Source of the DNA: Lophium mytilinum
Taxonomy: Eukaryota
DNA length: 64,000 bases
Direction: 5' to 3'
Assembly (NCBI GenBank): GCA_010093605.1
Contig: MU004181.1
Span: 1,302,001 to 1,366,000, forward strand
Positions within the stretch are counted from its first letter, which is position 1. Each line of letters starts with the position of its first letter. A program made the position numbers and the translations under genes. This document shows positions 50,138-62,396 of this stretch, in pieces. The notes below the pieces were generated by a model that did not search any database, was not told the DNA's origin, and worked only from the letters and a program-made list of their open reading frames with translations.

Positions 50138-50247
50138 GGCTGATTTATGTTTCAGCTTCGAAGTCTTGGAGTCGCTCCGTAGAGGGAGGGGTTCAACTTC
50201 AAGAAAATCGATCTATTTGGGAGCTTTGATTAAAGAGGACAGGCTAA
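50138..50247. promoter_or_regulatory. Candidate XlnR sites upstream of the xylanase
   Basis: GGCTGA (50138) and GGCTAA (50242) lie 235-345 nt upstream of the xylanase ATG. The motifs are short and could be chance. Confidence 0.3.
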
Positions 50248-50768
50248 GCTCAGCTTGGCAACAGAATGTGCAGACGATGGAGATGACCTTCATTCGCAGA
50301 CTCGGAAACGACTTCCATATAGACAGGAGGAGATAGAAGTTTCGCGCGTCTTACCTGTTCTCAAAAAATAACAGCCCGCTTGGTAGGCTCGATTTATAGT
50401 GACATCAGTCCGGTTAGAAGATCATGAGCCCACTATCGATTGTCGCGCAAGAATTTGAGGCTGATTCTGTCCTCGCTGAATATTTGGTTATCATCTAGAA
50501 TTGATCAGAAACTCGCAATAAATCTACAACAGTTATGACGCATGATTGATGAGATGCTGCCGGCTGCTCCATGAGACTTTCTGGTCCCTTTATTTTCCTT
50601 TCCAGAAGTCAAAGTACGCCAAATACACTCATCTCCATAGAAGAGCTATCCAAAGAGCCCGCTAAAGATGGTGTGTATGCAGAATTGGTAGTTTTGAGAT
50701 TGCGAACGTGTAGCCTGCCGGTACCGCCCGTCCCTTATAGTACATCGTTAAAGTGAATATCTTTTGCA

Positions 50769-52007
50769 TCACCGCGCATCCAGCAAATGCTTGAATTTTT
50801 CAATCTAGAGAGAGCTATCAGCAAAAGTAGATCTCACAGTATGTCAGTGGCTTACCTTGGTTGATAGGTATTTTTCGACCTCCTCGCTGTTGATACCCAT
50901 CTTTCCATTGGTCTTCCAAGCCAAGGGAACCATTGCCACCCGCTCCTTGACTACCACTTCACGATTTGGCCCTTCAACAGCGAGAATCTTGTCAGGATTA
51001 TTGGTGAGCAGCCGAATTCCTTTCTCACCACCCAGGCCCAGATCCATGAGTATTGCCGTCGCAAGACCGTAGCTCCTGGCATCCGCTGGATGTCGTAGCA
51101 ACAAATTGGCTTCGTATGTGTCGTTTCCCAGATCCTGCAGGTTGTACGCCTTCAGCTTCTCACTAAGTCCAATGCCACGGCCTTCTTGCCGCAGGTATAT
51201 GATGGCGCCACCTGAAGGGGAGACGGAATCGAGGGCCATGAGTCGAGCTGCTTCCTCGAGCTGCTCGCCACAATCACAACGCGCAGACCAGACAGTCTCG
51301 CCGGTATAACATTCGGAGTGGATGCGAATGAGGGGTGGGACATCTGCGGGATTCACGGTTTGCACTCCGCTCTCTGCGGGTACGCGCTTCGGAGCAACAC
51401 CATTAGCGGCGGAAGCTGGTATACTAGGGAAAGAAGGCGAATCAGCTTTTCGCGGCGCCACACCCTCTCCTTGTCGTATCTGGTCAACTCGACTGGTTGT
51501 GCGTCCTGGGTATAGGCGTCCGACATAGGCGCCTCTGGTCATCCGAGCATATTCTGTCTCTCCGGGCCTCTCGGCATCCAGGCTTTTGCTCCTTATGTGA
51601 TTCCCGAAGACAATCGCTAAATGGTCCTTCTTGTCTACGTTGTTACTGTAGACATGCAAGAACATCTCCTGCCCGGCTACGGTCGGTATGCGCGCACGAA
51701 CCTCGCATTCGACGATCGGCAATGTGTTCAGAAGGTTGGGGGGCGGGGCATCGGATGTGAGGGACGTGTCGACGGCTACCGAGCGAGGAATGGGATTCGG
51801 GGTAGAGTTACCGGGAGTCGCTGGCGGCGTGAAGGCTGGTGATATCAGAGAAGGCGGAGGCTCGTGAGCGCTTGCATGGGCATGTTCATGGCCGGTAGGC
51901 CCAGTGTGGGTGAGGTTGAAGTCGAAGGACTGGCGACTCGGAGATTTCGCCTGCGGGGAGTAGATGGGATTGAAGGCGGGTGAGGCATGCGCCGGTAATT
52001 CAGGCAT
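50769..52007 (-). CDS. RIB1: GTP cyclohydrolase II (riboflavin biosynthesis), 2 exons
   Basis: [40 protein letters not shown]; short last exon [11 protein letters not shown]. Confidence 0.95.
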
Positions 52008-52607
52008 GGCGACTAGCAGGAGCACGAGGTGCGCAGGATGGAGGGACTCGAGACGTCTTCTTTGGAGGTTTCGGGGAGAGAGGCGGGCATGGCATGGCAG
52101 ATGTTATTATTCAGAGGCCGTCTGTCAGCGACCTCGGAACCCTGGGATCACCGATTAAGCCACGGCACTGTGTAGATAGAGGGGTTCGGCCAGCTCGTTC
52201 CGCCCCGCCCTTCACACTTCCGATCCGCCATCGGGTCTGTTGCCACGAACTAGGTACATCACAAAGCCTCCTAGACGGATTATGGGGATATCACTACAAA
52301 GTCTACCCTTGATACTGTCATAGAGACTCTCCCCACGGGCAGCATTGCTCATCGCGGCAATTCACGCCGGGGATTAGGTTAGCGTCGCCGACTTTCCGCC
52401 GACGCATTTGAAATGCTGTAGCACAGTAGTCAGCAATACAAATCACTCCAAGAAGTGCCAATTCCTTATGTGATGCTGTCAACTGGCAACAATGAGGTGT
52501 TGAAAAATACACGGGCGTAGTATTGGTACAATGACACTATCCACAACGCCGAACTCCTCCCGTTCCACCCAAACTAGATATGCCTCTACTAGAAACGCTG
52601 TCGAGAA

Positions 52608-54248
52608 CTAGTCGTCCCGTCTCTCTCTACCCCACACCTCATCAAGTGTCTTCTTGCCTTTTGTCTCGGGAACATACCATGCAGTGAATATCCAGAAGAA
52701 AGCAGCGAGACCTGCGAAAATGAAATAGACCTTGCCGTGTAGTTTCTCACTCGCTAGAGGGAAGAATTGCGCGACTACAAAGGTTGCAATCCAGTTGGCG
52801 GCCAAAGCGAGACTTTGCGTGGCACCCACTGCTTCTGGGCCCACCAATTCGCTGGATAGAATGAATGGGACGGGGCCTAGCCCGAGGCCGAAACTGGACA
52901 CGAAGAGTAAGACTGCGACGGCAGAGAGTATAGGCACTTGGTTGATAATGCCGATTGCCAGCAGGAGAGAGTTGATGCCCATGCCGGCGATTGAAGCCAA
53001 CAAACAAGTCTTGCGGCCGAGTTTGTCAACTAGGGGAGCGCATCCAGCAGTCACGACAATGTTGATTGCTGAGACCGCGAGGTTCAATAGCGCCGAGTTT
53101 GACTTGAGTAGGTCAGATAGCAGCGAGACGCCATACATGACAATGCTATTGATACCTGCAGGTTGAATTAGTATGTGACAGCCAGTCAGGCTAGTGGGGA
53201 GAACATACCGCACAACTGTTGAGCGAGCATGACCATCATCACTGCTATGGCAGCCTTATGATACTGAGGATGCCGAATCACTTGCAGTAAGCCAAGGACC
53301 TCTTTCTTCGCCAAGTCGCGTTTGGAGATGGATGCGTCGCTGTGATGAGACATCCGATCCTCATTGTGCAGGAGAGTCTCCTCCTCGTCTGTGTGGAATC
53401 AGCATCCAGCGCTCGTTTTAGTCATAGGAAAGATCACATACCTTCCATGTCACTGGAGCTCTCCACCCCCCATCCGCTCACTTCTTCCTCCAAATCGAAT
53501 TTGTCTCCCCTAATCTTCCGAAGAATCTTCTTTGCCTTGGATGGATTGCCCTGATCTGCCAGCCATTTCGGACTCTCCACTCCTCCAAGCAACAGCCCGA
53601 GTGTTTGAAGGGCACCAATCACACCTCCAGCAGCGAGGATGATCCTCCAGTATTGGCCTCGGCTGAGGAAGTACCCCAGTACCTGAGCAACGAGGATACC
53701 GACGTTCACCATGACCTGGGTGAAAGAACCAAAGAAGCCTTTTTCGGCTGGCGGCGAGACCTCCGAAACATATATAGGGACCACGACAACCGATGCACCA
53801 GCTCCAATGCCAGATATAAATCTTCCAACAGCCATGACGCCAATGTTCGGGGCAGCTGCTTCAAAGATTGGGCCAATAGCGAAGAAGACAGTTGTGAACT
53901 GCATTCCTCTAAGCCGGCCGTATCGTGAAGAGAAGGGGCCGGCGCAAAGAGCACCGACCAGGCCACCGAGTGTGAATATAGATCCGATCAGCCCCCATTC
54001 AGTTGGGTTCATCGGTATGCATTGCGGTAATTCGGCGCCGGTAGCGACAATGGAGGTCTTCTTGCAGCGGATGACATCTTCGGGAGCGTTCAGTTCAGCC
54101 TGGTGGATGTAAGCTTGTGTCTCTAGGCATTGTAACAAAGCATAGAGCATACCAGATGGAATCCAAACAGAAGGGGGCCAATAGTAGATATGAAGAGCAG
54201 GTACAGGAAATACGGCGTGAGGTCTGAAAGCCAGGTTCGGGGATCCAT
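52608..54248 (-). CDS. MFS sugar-porter family transporter (Vps73/YBR241C-like), 4 coding exons
   Basis: GPLLFGFHL|AELN, SRYGR, GRFISGIGAG, PIYVSEVSP, ESPKWL, QQLC|GIN, VDKLGRK, VPETKG. Confidence 0.9.
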
Positions 54249-55346
54249 CGTGTGAGGAGTGCGGAAGCTTGGTCGTTTCGGCTCTGTGGAGTCAGCAACA
54301 GTGAGAGTATTGTACTGCATTGGGCTGTTAGAGACCATCTTGGCCAATCACGTAGATGAAGATGCGCAATATGGGGGTGATATTCGTTCTGATTACTTCT
54401 GGAGTTGAGTCTATGGAAGAAGTGATATATACCTGGCTGCTCTGCCGCTATCCGAGCGACACCTATCGCCGGTGTAGAATGCTTTTCACCTCGTCGTCAT
54501 TGAGCAGCAAACGCGGCGCCTTGCGAAGAAAGCTCTGGGTGGGTTGCTGAAGCAGGTGGTAAAGAAGGCGAAACCGTCGGAGTTGGCCGCGAGATGGGAT
54601 CAGGGACGCGCTCGTGACTTTGGCGCTGCCTCTGGGATTACGTCGACGTCGGATTCTTTGTATTTACTGGCTACTTCCAGGAAACTAGAGAAGTTAAAGC
54701 AATCAGATGCTGTGGATAGCCTTTAGGTGTCATCAGCTGTGTCTTGCCACACTTCAACAAGCTGGCAACCCCTCGACGCGATTTCGGTCCGCTTACTTTG
54801 CTCGCATCATATCACGTACTATACCCTTTACGGACCTGGACAGCTGTTTGAGTCGTTGGACAGTGACGTCCTATCTTCGAACGGCATATCCAAATGATGA
54901 TTAATTTGCTACAATATGCTATATAGACGCGTCCTTATCGCCCTAGATAGCTTGTAGTATTGTCTTGGGAGCCTCAATGCAACGGTTGATGAGGTTGACA
55001 TGCTCTAGTCACGCGCAACATAGCCAGGGCGGGAGCCTAGGCATGAGACGCTCCCATGGTCCACCCGTTGAGGCTCTGATGACCTCCGTATCAGCTCTCA
55101 TCTGTCCTGCAGCTTCCATCTATCTGCATATTGTCCCTCTTTGCTGGTTCCACCACCACCGAGCCAGGTGGCCACCAAGCGCTCCCTCCTCTGCTCACCG
55201 CCGCTCCGCCACGCTTGGATCCTGACGCGGGCGCTGGACGATCCGCCGCGCCCGGAGCTGTTGACCCTGTGGTGGAGCTCCAGCGGAATAGGTGTCCCCG
55301 CCGGGATTCTGTACATAAACGAGACAGTACCTAGACGAGCTCCACG

Positions 55347-57168
55347 ATGAATCAGCCCTCGACAAACACTCCAATCCTCTCTGCGGGGAGTGTGCCGTCA
55401 GCCGCTGCTTCCGCCCGAGCCACCCAAGCCCAGGCGCTGAAAAGCAGCGTCCAGGCTGCGTTCAATGGTCGGTATTGCCGCGGCCTTACGCCTTCTTCCT
55501 TCTCCATAAATTTCCCGTCTTGTACCGTTGCTACCGCCCATCTATTTTGCTTTTCTGCTACTTCTTGCATCAAGAGTCCGCTTGGATAGATTGCCGTTTC
55601 CCGTAAGACAGTCGGCCTCCGCGCCTGTTCAGGAGCCCGGTCATCGATCCGCATAAAGCGAAGGAAGGTCCTTCTGTCAGTCTTTCGTGCCGCTGATCGA
55701 CGACGCGCCTAGTAGGATTTCTGCGGTGCGCCTATTTTCTTTGCAGACTCCATTGTGGATGAATATTTGTATCTGTGATATCCGGTGCTGGATTCTTCAT
55801 CACCTTTCATGTCTCCTTTGAGCTTTTCATCCATGCCTATCATCCATGCCTATTGTGTATTTTAGCTAACTCATTGTTCTTCTTCCGTGTAGACCCCTCA
55901 GATTCCTCCCAAGCTATGTTCGCAGGCTACTCCAGCAAGAAACGCGTCAATGAACGGTACCGAATCATTGGATTCATCAGCAGTGGCACTTATGGCCGGG
56001 TGTACAAGGCTCAAGGCAGACACGGCCAAATTGGAGAGTTCGCCATAAAAAAGTGATTTGCCCGAAATAAGGCCTTTTCAAGAGTCTAACGTGTTCCAGA
56101 TTCAAGCCCGACAAGGAGGGTGAAATCCAGTACACAGGAATTTCCCAGTCAGCAGTTCGGGAGATGGCACTATGTACCGAACTCGCCCATCCCAACGTCG
56201 TCCATACCGTTGAAATAATTCTGGAAGACAAGTGCATATATATCGTATTCGAGTATGCAGAACACGACTTGCTTCAGATTATACATCACCACAATCAGCC
56301 CACTCGCAGAGCTATTCCCGCACGGACATTACGATCCATCTTGCATCAGCTTCTGCAAGGCCTTCTTTATCTGCATAAGAATTGGGTCATGCATCGAGAT
56401 CTCAAACCAGCCAATATCATGGTCACTCGTGCGGGGAAGGTCAAAATTGGGGATCTCGGCCTCGCAAGACTCTTCTACAAGCCACTCCACTCTCTTTTCA
56501 CGGGCGACAAGGTCGTTGTGACTATTTGGTACCGGGCACCTGAGCTACTTCTTGGAAGCAGGCATTATACCCCTGCCGTTGATCTGTGGGCCGTCGGATG
56601 CATCTTTGCGGAACTGATTTCTCTGCGGCCGATATTCAAAGGCGAAGAAGCCAAGATGGACAGCAAGAAAACCCCGCCATTCCAACGGAACCAAATGCAA
56701 AAGATAGTTGAGGTCATTGGACTGCCAACGAAAGAGCGCTGGCCATTGCTTACCTCGATGCCCGAATACTCTCACCTTAGCGGCCTTGCTGCAGGCAATC
56801 CCCGCGTCAGTCGTCCTATAGGCCTAGAGAGCTGGTACAGGCAATGCCTCAAGAACAACCAATACCCTGAGGGCCCATCGCCTGAAACCCCGGGTGCCGA
56901 TGGCTTGTCGCTAATGCAGGGCCTCCTCGAGTACGACCCTCATAAGCGGTTGACTGCTGAAGCTGCCCTCGCGCACCCCTACTTTGCCGGGCCCATGGAA
57001 AAGCCGTTAGACAATTGCTTTGAAGGTTCTAAGATCGATTATCCGAACCGTAGAGTAAGCCAGGAAGACAACGACATCCGGACTTCGAGCTTACCAGGAA
57101 CGAAGAGGAGTGGGTTGCCAGACGACTCGTTGATAGGCAGGCCTGCGAAACGATTGAAAGAGGGCTAA
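55347..57168 (+). CDS. SSN3: Mediator kinase CDK8/Ssn3, 3 exons
   Basis: [71 protein letters not shown]. Introns 55468-55892 and about 56053-56099. An alternative start at 55916 is possible. Confidence 0.95.
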
Positions 57169-58358
57169 GGCGTGGCTAAATTGCAAGAAACTTTTGATAA
57201 AGTCGGTCGAGATTACCGAGATTGAATAGGTTGGTGCTGGATTCGATTTCGTTCAGCTCCACGAAAGCTCTATGGGATATCGTCATCGCGTTACATCAAA
57301 AGAGCATCCACAACACACATATTGCCGAGAAGATCTGTAGCCGATTTCTCTAATTGGCCAGAAAGACATGAGCTATCGAGAGCCCCTTTCAAGGTTCGGG
57401 GTTACAGTGCGGATGCATATTGTGTACAGACAGTAGAGTGTCTAAGCGAGTCCACTGAGCGGACTTTGCAATCTCCCATCACTTTTGGTTGCTCTGAAAG
57501 GAGAAATAGCTAGCCCGAAGAACGTATGATGACACGAATTGGCCGAATATAGAGCTGAGTTGTCACCCTTGGCTAGATTCATATATCACACTCAATATCT
57601 CTATACCACTCATAAATGTTTATACATCATCGACTCAATTGTCATCTTCAAAGAGCTTCTAGTTCTTACTTGAGTAATACCACAATGCAAATAGTCACTC
57701 CTGTCTGAGACGACCTAAACAAACCAAGAAGCCGAAGCATCAAAGCGAGCTCGGTATCTCAACATACTGGCCGTTCCTTCCTTTTGCATTTGGTGCTACG
57801 ATCTGTTGGGGCGGCTGTGCTGAGGTTCTCCACGTGGACAGTCAGGGTGCCTCCCCATCATTTTTAGGCAAGCAAAGTCTCCAATACAGGTAGGTATGGA
57901 GCCATCATCGTAGGTGAATGATAGATGCGGACATTGCTGCCATGATGAAGTCTCTGCCCGTGCTGCTGGTCTCTGCCCCTGAGGCCTCCGGCATCGCAGC
58001 TGTTTGAGGGAGCGGCGTGAAGAAGCTCAAATTGCCTCGACCGAGCAAGGCCGGGCAGCGCTCCGCGCGCGTGGCATCTGTTGAGGGCCGCCTGAAGCCG
58101 TTGGCCGGCTTGGCAGACTGCACTTGCTGTATATAATCTCCCCTCTTCAACGTCCTTCTTCTAACCTCCACCATCCACTCACTCTTTTCCACAACACAAT
58201 CTCTTCAACACAAACTCTCCTTCGTGTCTTCAATCCAACTGGACTGCCCTCTCCTCGAGCCGCTCCACTTGGACTACAGCCACAAACCTTCTTTTCACTC
58301 ACTTCTTTGAAACCTCGCGGGGCTATCAATCTTTGCTCACCACTTCGAGACCTTCGCC

Positions 58359-59675
58359 ATGAAGCTCACCTCGCTCGTCTCTGCCGCTGTCCTGGCCTTG
58401 GGTGTTGTTGCCCTCCCAACTCCGTCTGACGACCAGACTCAGTCGGCCCAGCCGCCCGACATCAATGACAAGCGCCTGCAGGACCAGATCATCCGAGCCC
58501 ACAACTGGATGCGTGGCCCGCACTGTGCCCAGCGTCTTACCTGGGACGACGGCCTAGCTCAAGCTGCTCTTGCCGGGACCAAGGCCTGCGGCAAAACCCT
58601 GGACCACGTACGTTAGCTCGCTTTTGAAGCTGGAGAATTGAAGCTGACCCCAATCAAGTATGACCTCGGCACCAACCTGGCTGGGCAGGGTCCTCCTCCC
58701 GCCAATCGTGAGGACTACTACTACATCACCTGGAACATTATCGCCCACAGCTGGGGCACTGAGGAAGAGGCCAAGTACGACTACAACCACCCGGGCTTCT
58801 CTGAGGACACTGGCCACTTCACCCAGGTTGTCTGGCGCGACACTTCCCGGGTTGGATGTGCCTGGAACATTTGCCCCTCAGATACTCCTTTCAATGCTCG
58901 CTTCTACTGTGGTAAGTGCGACTTGGATTCACTCTAGCGACGTGCGGTTTGAGCTAATCACCATTTCCTCCAGGCTACCACAACGCCGGCAACATCTCAC
59001 CCTTCTACCCACAGAACGTCTGGCCGCGCGTGTGTGCACCATTCCCGGAAGTCGGTGGTCGTTCCGTCGACACCTCCCCAGCTTCCCCGGCGCCTGAACA
59101 AGAAGAAGTGAACAAGCTCAAAATCCGTGCCGCTCTTGCTATGGCTCAGGACGTGTGGACGCATTCTGCCGCCGAGGACAATACGGAAAACAAAGAGCCT
59201 GGACAGGAAGAAGTGAACAAGCTTAAGATCCGTGCCGCTCATGCTATGCCCCAGGACGTGTGGACACATTCTGCCGCCAAGGACGAAACCGTCTCTCCAG
59301 ATGTCGCTCCACTGGAAGAAGCGAACAAGCTCAAGATCCGTGCCGCTCATGCTATGCCCCAGGACGTGTGGACGCATTCTGCCGCCAAGGACGAAATCGT
59401 CTCTCCGGATNNNNNNNNNNNNNNNNNNNNNNNNNNNNNNNNNNNAAGAAGCGAACAAGCTCAAGATCCGTGCCGCTCATGCTATGCCCCAGGACGTGTG
59501 GACGCATTCTGCCGCCAAGGACGAAATCGTCTCTCCGGATATCGCTCCACTCGACGAAACGAACAAGCTCACGATCCGTGCCGCTCTTCCTGTGGCCCAG
59601 GACGTGTGGACGCATTCTGCCGCTAAGGACGGAACCGTCTCTCCGAATGGGGTCGACTCCGCTCCTGTGGTCTAA
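58359..59675 (+). CDS. Secreted CAP/SCP (PR-1-like) protein with a C-terminal tandem peptide-repeat array, 3 exons, spans an assembly gap
   Basis: TATATAA at 58130; signal peptide; AHNWMR..H, LTWD, GHFTQVVWRDTSRVGCA, FYCGYHNAGN. Introns 58608-58658 and 58912-58973. Confidence 0.9.
59102..59645 (+). repeat. Coding tandem repeat, 105-108 nt unit (35-36 aa), at least 5 copies
   Basis: AACAAGCT anchor at 59111, 59216, 59324, 59454 and 59562; unit EE(V/A)NKLKIRAAHAMPQDVWTHSAAKDE(T/I)VSPD(V/I)APL. Confidence 0.95.
59411..59445. other. Assembly gap (35 N) inside the repeat array
   Basis: Run of N flanked by near-identical repeat units. Confidence 1.
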
Positions 59676-60780
59676 TCTGCAGTAAGTCTTCCATGATCGA
59701 TCAACGCTCCACCGAGACGACTTACTGATATGGCATTCCAGACTATAGCCCAGTTAGCAACTTCGGTGGTCACTACGAAGACAAGATCTGATCTCCGGTC
59801 TGCTAGTCTGTCCGCAGAGCAACCCAAATCCATTTACGCCTATCAAATGTTGTCGTGCTAGGAATTGGCAACACACTGGGTGCTGGGCAAAACGATTGAT
59901 GAATGCATGACACCCTCTCGTGGATACGAGAGTACGGTTTATGAAGTCCTCGGAGGAGCTTGAGGCAATGATTTCCTTTTCCAATTGTATATTTCCTTCT
60001 TCATATACCCTTTCGGCTCGCTTGCGACTACGTAGGTAGCCTGGCAGCTCTTCAACACGGAGGCTAGACGGGGAATACATAGCGAATGCAATGGGTGTCC
60101 ACAAATGAATTTCAAATATGCATTGAGTGCTCCTTCGTGATTCTACTCTTCAGCCCCGCATACACTGCGATCTGATAGGTATAGTGGCTTGCTGTGCACT
60201 TCCCTACCATTGTTTGAGGGGCTCCAACTTGCGCTTAGAAACCAGGGACGGCGGATACGCTTTGAATCCGTGTACATCATGTCGACATTGTCCGGAGTAG
60301 TCTCCGTGGTTTACTAGCTGTCCAAAATGCCGTACTTTTCCCTTGTTCGGAACGGTGAAACGACCATGGGGCTCCTCAAGCAGTGGTAGTCAGGTGTACG
60401 GGTTTATATGATGAGCTATTGTATTCGAGATCTAGAGCACATGAGTCACTGGGGAGGAAGTGATACACTACAAGCTAGACTTTGAGCTTTCAATTCGCGA
60501 TGCACTACTGATTTATGCAATACTCTTCTGAGACTCTGCTCAACGATATTTGCACCACTATCTTTGTTGACAAACCATCTACACCTGTTGAAATACGGAA
60601 ACCCATACCCTCCGTTAGGAGGGGGTTGATTCTTCTGATATAGGCTACAGATGGGTTTGTTTCAAACAGCTTGTCTCATCCGATATTGTTTGGGGTTTTT
60701 CAGTCCAACAACACCCTCATATGCCAACAACCCATGCTACCGACTCTATTTCCCAACCCAACGCACATCGCTATGCAAAC

Positions 60781-62214
60781 CTACGACCAGGAAATCCTAA
60801 ACACACTCAAGTCAGCAAAACTCCACTCCACACACCAGAAAGAGAACCTACGCAAGCATGATCCCCGCTCCCGTAAACATGGCCAAAAACTGCGTCAACG
60901 TCTTCCGCAACTCCTCCCCCTTATTCGGTCCCGTCTCCAACAACTCCGGAATCACCGCGACAGTCCCCACATACAAAAACGTCCCCGCCGTGAACGGCAG
61001 CAACATGTCGCCCCACTGCAGACTCGTGCCATACAGCCCCGCCTGTACCTCGCCTCCTACAGAACCGCTCGACCCCCCGAATTCTTGCACCGCGATACCG
61101 ATGCATGTCCCGAGGAAGGCGCCGATGGCGGTGACGAACTGCGCGCCCATGGCGGCGCGCTTGGAGAAGCCGGATTGGATGAGCAGGGCGAAGTCGCCGA
61201 CTTCGTGGGGGATTTCGTGGAAGAAGACGGCGACGGTGGTGGTGGCGCCGATGGTGGGGCTGGCGTAGAAGGAGGAGGAGAGGGCCAGGCCGTCGGTGAT
61301 GTTGTGCGTGAAGTCGGCGATGAGGTTGAGGTAGCCGCCCAGTTTGGCGGAGGGGTTTACTTCTTTGGTGGGAGGGGCGGGGAGGGGGGTGTCTTTGGTG
61401 GGCTTACGGGAGCGGAGGGTGGAGGAGTCTGAGGTGACGAAGAGGAGTTAGTGTTTGTGGGTTTGAAGAGAGGGAATTGGGGGAGGACGTACCCTTCTTG
61501 TCAATGCCGCTGGCGGCGGCCTTCTCGCCGCCTTCGACTTTGCCGTGGGCGTGGCTGTGATCGTGGGGATCTTCGCCGCCGGTAGCAATTCGCAGACCTT
61601 TGTCCATGGCTACGAAGGTCAGGAAGCCGACCATGATGGCTACGCCGAGAATGAGGTTCTTGTTGGGCTCCACCATGACGAATCGGACGTGCTCTTCTGC
61701 ATCTTCGCCGAGGAATATCTCAGGGAGAAGGTGGAATAGGGTATCTCCAAGCAGCCCTCCTACAGCGAAAGCCACCATAACGCTGAGGGAGGATGGATCT
61801 ATATTTGGAGGGCATAATGCAAGTAGGAAATTAGGTGGCCCGGAGATGTAGAGGGTTGCGAGCAATGCGTTGACTGCTGGGCTACCGGGGAAGAGGACGG
61901 CGAATATACGAGAGGTTACGCTCGAGGTTGGTGGGTGGGTAGCGACTTTGTGCTGGTTGAGAGCTTGCACGAGGGGGCATTCCTGTTGTGATGTGTGAGC
62001 TTGAATCAGAGATTTTGTATAGAGCTAGTATGGAGCGTCTCAAAGAGTTTGGATGACACAATTGAGAAAGCTGTACCTGGAGCTTATCCTCGATCTCGGC
62101 GACGCTCAACGATGCCACAGAAACATCTTTACTTTCGAAAATGTGAGCGTACGTCTGGCACACGAGGAGCAGTGCAATAACTGCACAAAGCAGCAGTGAT
62201 ATGCGGGAGGGCAT
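60781..62214 (-). CDS. YKE4: ZIP family (ZIP7/Ke4-like) ER zinc transporter, 4 exons
   Basis: VAFAVGGLLGDTLFHLLPE, His-rich HDHSHAH loop, GYLNLIADFTHNITDGLA, FFHEIPHEVGDF (CHEXPHE motif), LPFTAGTFLYV; last mini-exon ISWS*. Confidence 0.92.
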
Positions 62215-62396
62215 TGTTGCGGATATATGAGGTGCAGATGAGACGAGCAATGCCTTCAGGGGCACGAGGGGTGGTGCAGTGGGGCCTGACGTCCACCGCA
62301 AGGCTGTGCCAAGATTTCGCGGGCCTCGATTTTTGCACATTTAAATCCGACCCCGGATTTGCTGTTTCTCTCCGCCACAACGTTTTTACCGCAATC

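Noticed and set aside
54249..54347. N-terminal extension of the MFS transporter from the ATG at 54320 or further upstream
   Set aside because: The stretch contains a branch/acceptor-like GCTGAC...CAG and is more likely a 5' UTR intron. The start was left at 54248.
59102..59645. Repeat array as a CRISPR array or as a dikaritin (ustiloxin-type) RiPP precursor cluster
   Set aside because: The units are in-frame coding repeats in a eukaryotic gene without unique spacers. No DUF3328/UstY oxidase or tailoring genes are nearby (the neighbours are SSN3 and a ZIP transporter).
59754..60104. 116-aa minus-strand ORF downstream of the CAP gene
   Set aside because: GTG start with no domain or splice support.
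60671..61432. 253-aa plus-strand ORF
   Set aside because: Antisense shadow of the ZIP transporter; it has a non-ATG start and no domain.
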